From Parcubacteria group bacterium (lineage in GTDB: Bacteria; Patescibacteriota; Patescibacteriia; UBA1558; GWA2-36-10), in the NCBI GenBank assembly GCA_003104935.1, contig PQAE01000005.1, forward strand, positions 2,034 to 66,033: 64,000 bases of DNA, read 5' to 3'. This document shows, piece by piece, positions 60,036-64,000 of the stretch. The notes below the pieces were generated by a model, which was given only the letters and a program-made list of their open reading frames with translations, did not search any database and had not been told where the DNA came from. How positions within the stretch are numbered: position 1 is the first letter of the stretch; every line of letters starts with the position of its first letter. The position numbers were made by a program, and so were the translations under genes.

Positions 60036-60389
60036 ATGAAAAATATGTCCAAATATGAAATTTTTAACAAGGCAAAGAAACTCATCATTTTAATTTTATT
60101 AGGATTTCCTCTGGTAACCCGGGCCGTATCGCTACCCAACCCTCTCCGCAGTAACATTGACTCTGTTCCGGCACTAGCCAATAACATCATCAAAGGACTA
60201 CTCGGTGTGTCAGGATCGCTGGCATTATTTTTTTTGGTCTGGGGCGGCATCGTCTGGATGACTTCGGGCGGAAACTCCGATCGGGTGCGCAAGGGCAAAG
60301 ACACTATAGTCTGGGCTATTCTCGGTCTAGGCATTATCTTCCTGAGCTATGCTATTATTAATTTACTTTTGACTATACTCAGGGGTTAA
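60036..60389 (+). CDS. TrbC/VirB2-like pilin
   Basis: LPNPL, WGGIVWMTSGGN..KGKDTIVWAILGL. Confidence 0.8.
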   Translation: MKNMSKYEIFNKAKKLIILILLGFPLVTRAVSLPNPLRSNIDSVPALANNIIKGLLGVSGSLALFFLVWGGIVWMTSGGNSDRVRKGKDTIVWAILGLGIIFLSYAIINLLLTILRG

Positions 60390-60478
60390 AAACGATATTT
60401 GCTAAAATGACTTTTTGTGGTATAATTAATTTTGATATTTTGTCTTTTATAAAATAATTAATGAAAGGGGGTGAAATA

Positions 60479-60847
60479 ATGAAAAAATTATTTACATTAG
60501 CACTATTGATGCCGGTCTTGATGGCTGCTCCTGCCCACGCTGCTGATAACGCTGACGCTTACTATGGAATTAATGATTTAGTCCAGCAGGGCGTAAGGTT
60601 AGGCTCCAAGGATTTGCGCACCGCTATCGCCGGTATTATCAACGTCGTACTAGGCTTTTTGGGTGTAGTCGCCGTCATCATAGTCCTATTAGGCGGTTTC
60701 AAATGGATGACTTCCCAGGGTTCTAGCGACAAGACCGACGAAGCCAAGAAACTAATCGGCGCCGGAGTAGTCGGCTTAGCCATTGTTTTAGCCGCTTATG
60801 CTGTGGCCAGCTTCGTGCTCGGAGAATTGTATAACGCTACTAGATAA
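60479..60847 (+). CDS. TrbC/VirB2-like pilin (own promoter and SD; probable major subunit)
   Basis: GGFKWMTSQG..EAKKLI; SD AAAGGGGG; long hairpin downstream. Confidence 0.82.
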   Translation: MKKLFTLALLMPVLMAAPAHAADNADAYYGINDLVQQGVRLGSKDLRTAIAGIINVVLGFLGVVAVIIVLLGGFKWMTSQGSSDKTDEAKKLIGAGVVGLAIVLAAYAVASFVLGELYNATR

Positions 60848-60980
60848 TAATTATTTGAGCTAATTACAATTTTTGAGATTGATAATTTTTAAAGTAATTC
60901 ATTAGCAAATAAATTTTAGTCTAGACTGATAGTGGGCCATTTAATTAGATGGTCCACTATAGTCTGGAATAAAAAACAAA

Positions 60981-61370
60981 ATGAAACTCATAAAGAACTG
61001 TTATTATTTTTTGCTCCTGGCCTGGCCGCTTAGTCTGCGGGCCCAGAACGATGCTTTAATAAACCTAAATGCTTCCGCTGAAGGCACGGGTCTAATTACT
61101 GACAAAAGTCCGGCCGGCATCATTGCTCTGATAATCAATTCTTTGTTGGCCTTATTAGGTACGGCTTTTATAGTTTTGATAATTTTAGGCGGTTTCAAAT
61201 GGATGACTTCCCAAGGTAACCGAGAGATGATCGATGAGGCTCGCAAGACTATCACCAGCGCCACTATTGGCTTAGTAATAGTTTTGGCTTCATATATGAT
61301 AGTGAGATTTGTGATTGACGCCCTCACCGGAGCCACCTTAAACAGCGGCGGATCAGAGGCCAGCGGATAA
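60981..61370 (+). CDS. TrbC/VirB2-like pilin
   Basis: GGFKWMTSQGN..EARKTI. Confidence 0.8.
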   Translation: MKLIKNCYYFLLLAWPLSLRAQNDALINLNASAEGTGLITDKSPAGIIALIINSLLALLGTAFIVLIILGGFKWMTSQGNREMIDEARKTITSATIGLVIVLASYMIVRFVIDALTGATLNSGGSEASG

Positions 61371-61434
61371 TTTCGTTAAAAAATTTAAGACCCTCCGGCG
61401 CTTGGCGTCGGAGGGTCTTTTGGTCTGTGGTATT

Positions 61435-62127
61435 TCAGCGCCACATCCATCTTTCCTTCAGGACGATTCTGAAGTCGTAGAGTTCGTTGTTGAAAGTGTA
61501 CTGCCCTTTCCGCTTACTCACGATGAATTCGTAAGTACGTAGCCGGCTGTAGTAGGGGTCGGTTTTTTGGCCCACTAGCTTTTCAGCCGGCTTGGCGTAG
61601 TATTTCACTACTCCTGAACGAAGGTAGATCACCGCGCTGTCCCCGCTAGCCAGGGAAATGCTATGTCCCTGGTTATCAAGGTAGGTGGTGGGATCACCGA
61701 CGTTGTAGACAATACCCCTTTGCATAGTGGCGTTGCGCAACATCAAATCATCGATGATCAATGGTGTGCCCGTATACAGAGCGGGCATGGAGAAATAGAG
61801 CTTCTCCTCGCTGTAACCGATCTGGTCCTGAAACCCTTGACCTACCCAGGCCAAAGTGACCCGGTAGACCCGGAACGATCTCTCAACCACAGTCAGTTTT
61901 TGGCCCGGCTTGATCTGGTAGAATTCACGGATGAAATCCGTAGTTCTGCCTTTCAAGTCGATGAAGACGACTTCATGGCTGCGGTTTACCACTTTGGTGG
62001 TATCGGCCGGACTCTGGTCCGTGTCCAGGCGTACCAGGCCGTGACCGCCTACGCCCGGGGCGTAGAAGCGAGTACAACCAGTCAGAGCCAGGATAATCAG
62101 CAGGAAAGGCCAAAGATACTTTTTCAC
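61435..62127 (-). CDS. Hypothetical lipoprotein (islet)
   Basis: Lipobox ALTGC; SD GGAGG before GTG; TTGACA-17-TATAAT at 62180-62208; terminator 61387-61419. Confidence 0.72.
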   Translation of the reverse strand: MKKYLWPFLLIILALTGCTRFYAPGVGGHGLVRLDTDQSPADTTKVVNRSHEVVFIDLKGRTTDFIREFYQIKPGQKLTVVERSFRVYRVTLAWVGQGFQDQIGYSEEKLYFSMPALYTGTPLIIDDLMLRNATMQRGIVYNVGDPTTYLDNQGHSISLASGDSAVIYLRSGVVKYYAKPAEKLVGQKTDPYYSRLRTYEFIVSKRKGQYTFNNELYDFRIVLKERWMWR

Positions 62128-62214
62128 GACTTTACCTCCAAAGGAAAGAAAATTGCGAGAAGGACTAATTTAACTTTATATTATATACTAAAGTATAGAT
62201 TTTGTCAATAGTGC

Positions 62215-63834
62215 TTATTTTATAGTAAAGATGAGCGCTTCGCTGTCCTCATAACTTTGTTTGACCATACTGGAGTTACGCATATTTTCTATAAATTTTT
62301 TATAGGATTCGCTTTTTTCAATCACCACATAGTTACTATGAAATTCATTTTTGATGATGCTGGCAATTTGGTCGGGAGAATAATATTTGGCTTCGTCTTG
62401 GTATAGGGTGATATCAAAATATTTTTGGGTGAGAGCCGGGTCATAATTATACATAAAGGTCGGATCCAGTCCGATAATATAATAGTCGCGATCATTATGA
62501 TAAAAGAAAAGACCCCAGTCGTCCCACATATTATTAAAGACTATGCTTTTTTCCGGAACATTTTTCTGAAGCCAACCTATAGCTTTGGTAAATTTGGTCA
62601 TAGTCCAGCGCTCAGAAATGGTGGGACGAAGCACGTCGCGATAAAGACCAGGCATGACCAAAGTGAGCATGACCAGTAGCGCCGCTGATAGATAGCCTTT
62701 TAGGCTCCAGTGCAAATGCGCGTAAAATCTTCTTAACTTTGACCAATCGATCAGGCGGACTAAATCGCTGATGCCATAAGCACAAAATAGCAGACCAAAG
62801 GGCAGATAATATTCCACATAACGGCGCGATTTTATAGTCAGGACAAGAAAAATAAAGGTCAAAATAAAAGTAAACCAAGTTTTTAAAGATACTTTTTTTA
62901 GATTAAAGGATAGAAAAATAAAAGTAGTAAAAGCCCCGATAAACAGAAGAGGGCCATAAGAAATGGCGCGTAGCAGGCTGACGCCGTACCATTCATTGCC
63001 GACAGGAAGCTGATTGCCCAGATTAAGTACGCCGATTTGAAAAAATTGCTGGTAGTAGAAGTACAAATTGCTCGGCCAATAGGGAGAAAAGATTATACCT
63101 AAAACTATTCCCAGTAATAGGGCTAGAGAAAGGCGAATCATCTTAAATTGTTTTTGGTCTCCGCGGAAAAAATGAATGATTTTGTTCCAGGCAAAGTGAA
63201 TCCGACTGGTATGATAGCGATGGTAAAACCAGTCGGTCAGAGCATAAAGCAAGACTATAAATATGGCTAGAGGCCAGCCGGCATAGAGCCAGACATAGAT
63301 AGACCCCAGTATGGCTGTCAGCCATATCTTTCTAAAAAAAATAGCATAGAGCAAAAACCAGATCACAATCAGCGATAAACTATTGACCTTTATTAGACTG
63401 AGCCTGAAGGTCAGAGCGGCAAAGGTGGAAAGCAGAGCGGCAAAAAACCAGGGCCAGACCACATTGGTTTTCTTCAACAACCAGTAAAGGACGACGATCA
63501 TCAGGGCGGCAAATAAAACCGTGGCCACTTTAATACCGATTAAAGGGTTGGTGTTTATATAAGTAAAAGGGGCTAATAATAAGTGGTAAATTAACTGATG
63601 GTCGGTAAAATTATCCTTGAGGGTGCTAAATTGCATCCAGGGCATAGTTTTTAGCAGTAGGCCCTGGCGCAAAAACATAGCCATTTTGGCGTGGTAAAAG
63701 CCGTCGCCGTCGCTAAAATATTGATTGAGCTGTAAACGTCCAAAATGAACGAACATTAGTAAGAAAAGAGACCAGTAGTCCAGTTTGTAAGCCAGCCACC
63801 AAGCCCGTAATTTTTTTATTTTTAGTGAGGACAT
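62215..63834 (-). CDS. Multi-TM GT-C-like membrane protein
   Basis: DGFYH after the first TM, many TMs, C-terminal WDDWG resembling the STT3/AglB WWDxG motif. Confidence 0.7.
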   Translation of the reverse strand: MSSLKIKKLRAWWLAYKLDYWSLFLLMFVHFGRLQLNQYFSDGDGFYHAKMAMFLRQGLLLKTMPWMQFSTLKDNFTDHQLIYHLLLAPFTYINTNPLIGIKVATVLFAALMIVVLYWLLKKTNVVWPWFFAALLSTFAALTFRLSLIKVNSLSLIVIWFLLYAIFFRKIWLTAILGSIYVWLYAGWPLAIFIVLLYALTDWFYHRYHTSRIHFAWNKIIHFFRGDQKQFKMIRLSLALLLGIVLGIIFSPYWPSNLYFYYQQFFQIGVLNLGNQLPVGNEWYGVSLLRAISYGPLLFIGAFTTFIFLSFNLKKVSLKTWFTFILTFIFLVLTIKSRRYVEYYLPFGLLFCAYGISDLVRLIDWSKLRRFYAHLHWSLKGYLSAALLVMLTLVMPGLYRDVLRPTISERWTMTKFTKAIGWLQKNVPEKSIVFNNMWDDWGLFFYHNDRDYYIIGLDPTFMYNYDPALTQKYFDITLYQDEAKYYSPDQIASIIKNEFHSNYVVIEKSESYKKFIENMRNSSMVKQSYEDSEALIFTIK

Positions 63835-64000
63835 GGGTATATTGTAGCAAAAAATTTTTAAACAATAAAGCCGATAGCGCCACAAAAATAAAATCTCCGC
63901 CAGGCATGGATACGGAGATTTTGGGAGGACTGAGAAGTACTAAGCTGAATGATTATTAGTAGTTTATTCTTTATTTATACACAAGTCAAGCGCCGTTCTT

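Overview
64 kb of core chromosome around the replication origin of a Patescibacteria/CPR-type bacterium (Parcubacteria/ABY1-like; inferred from the 16S sequence, gene order, short SMC, VirB2-like pilin cluster and lamin-tail surface protein). It holds the 5' part of a 16S rRNA gene, 3 intact tRNAs, rpsP-khpA-trmD, smc-rnc-nusB-rpmF, trxAB-gdhA, yidC-yidD-rnpA-rpmH / dnaA-oriC-dnaN, ruvA, murE, rpoBC, ftsK, recA and glycan and pilin genes. Gene strand switches at dnaA. The unusual signals are intergenic. (1) Short palindromic elements sit inside duplicated fragments of stable-RNA genes (16S 5' end, tRNA-Arg, two tRNA-Val relics) beside intact copies, and a small GIY-YIG nuclease gene lies next to tRNA-Arg. 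(2) About nine stand-alone, GC-rich gene islets have strong Shine-Dalgarno sites, mostly their own promoter and terminator, mostly oppose the local gene direction, and several end in a related terminator. (3) Several promoter-to-terminator units have no credible ORF and fold into structured RNAs, including a five-hairpin RNA with three cUUCGg loops and one exposing anti-SD-like C-rich motifs. All calls were made by eye, with no database searches.
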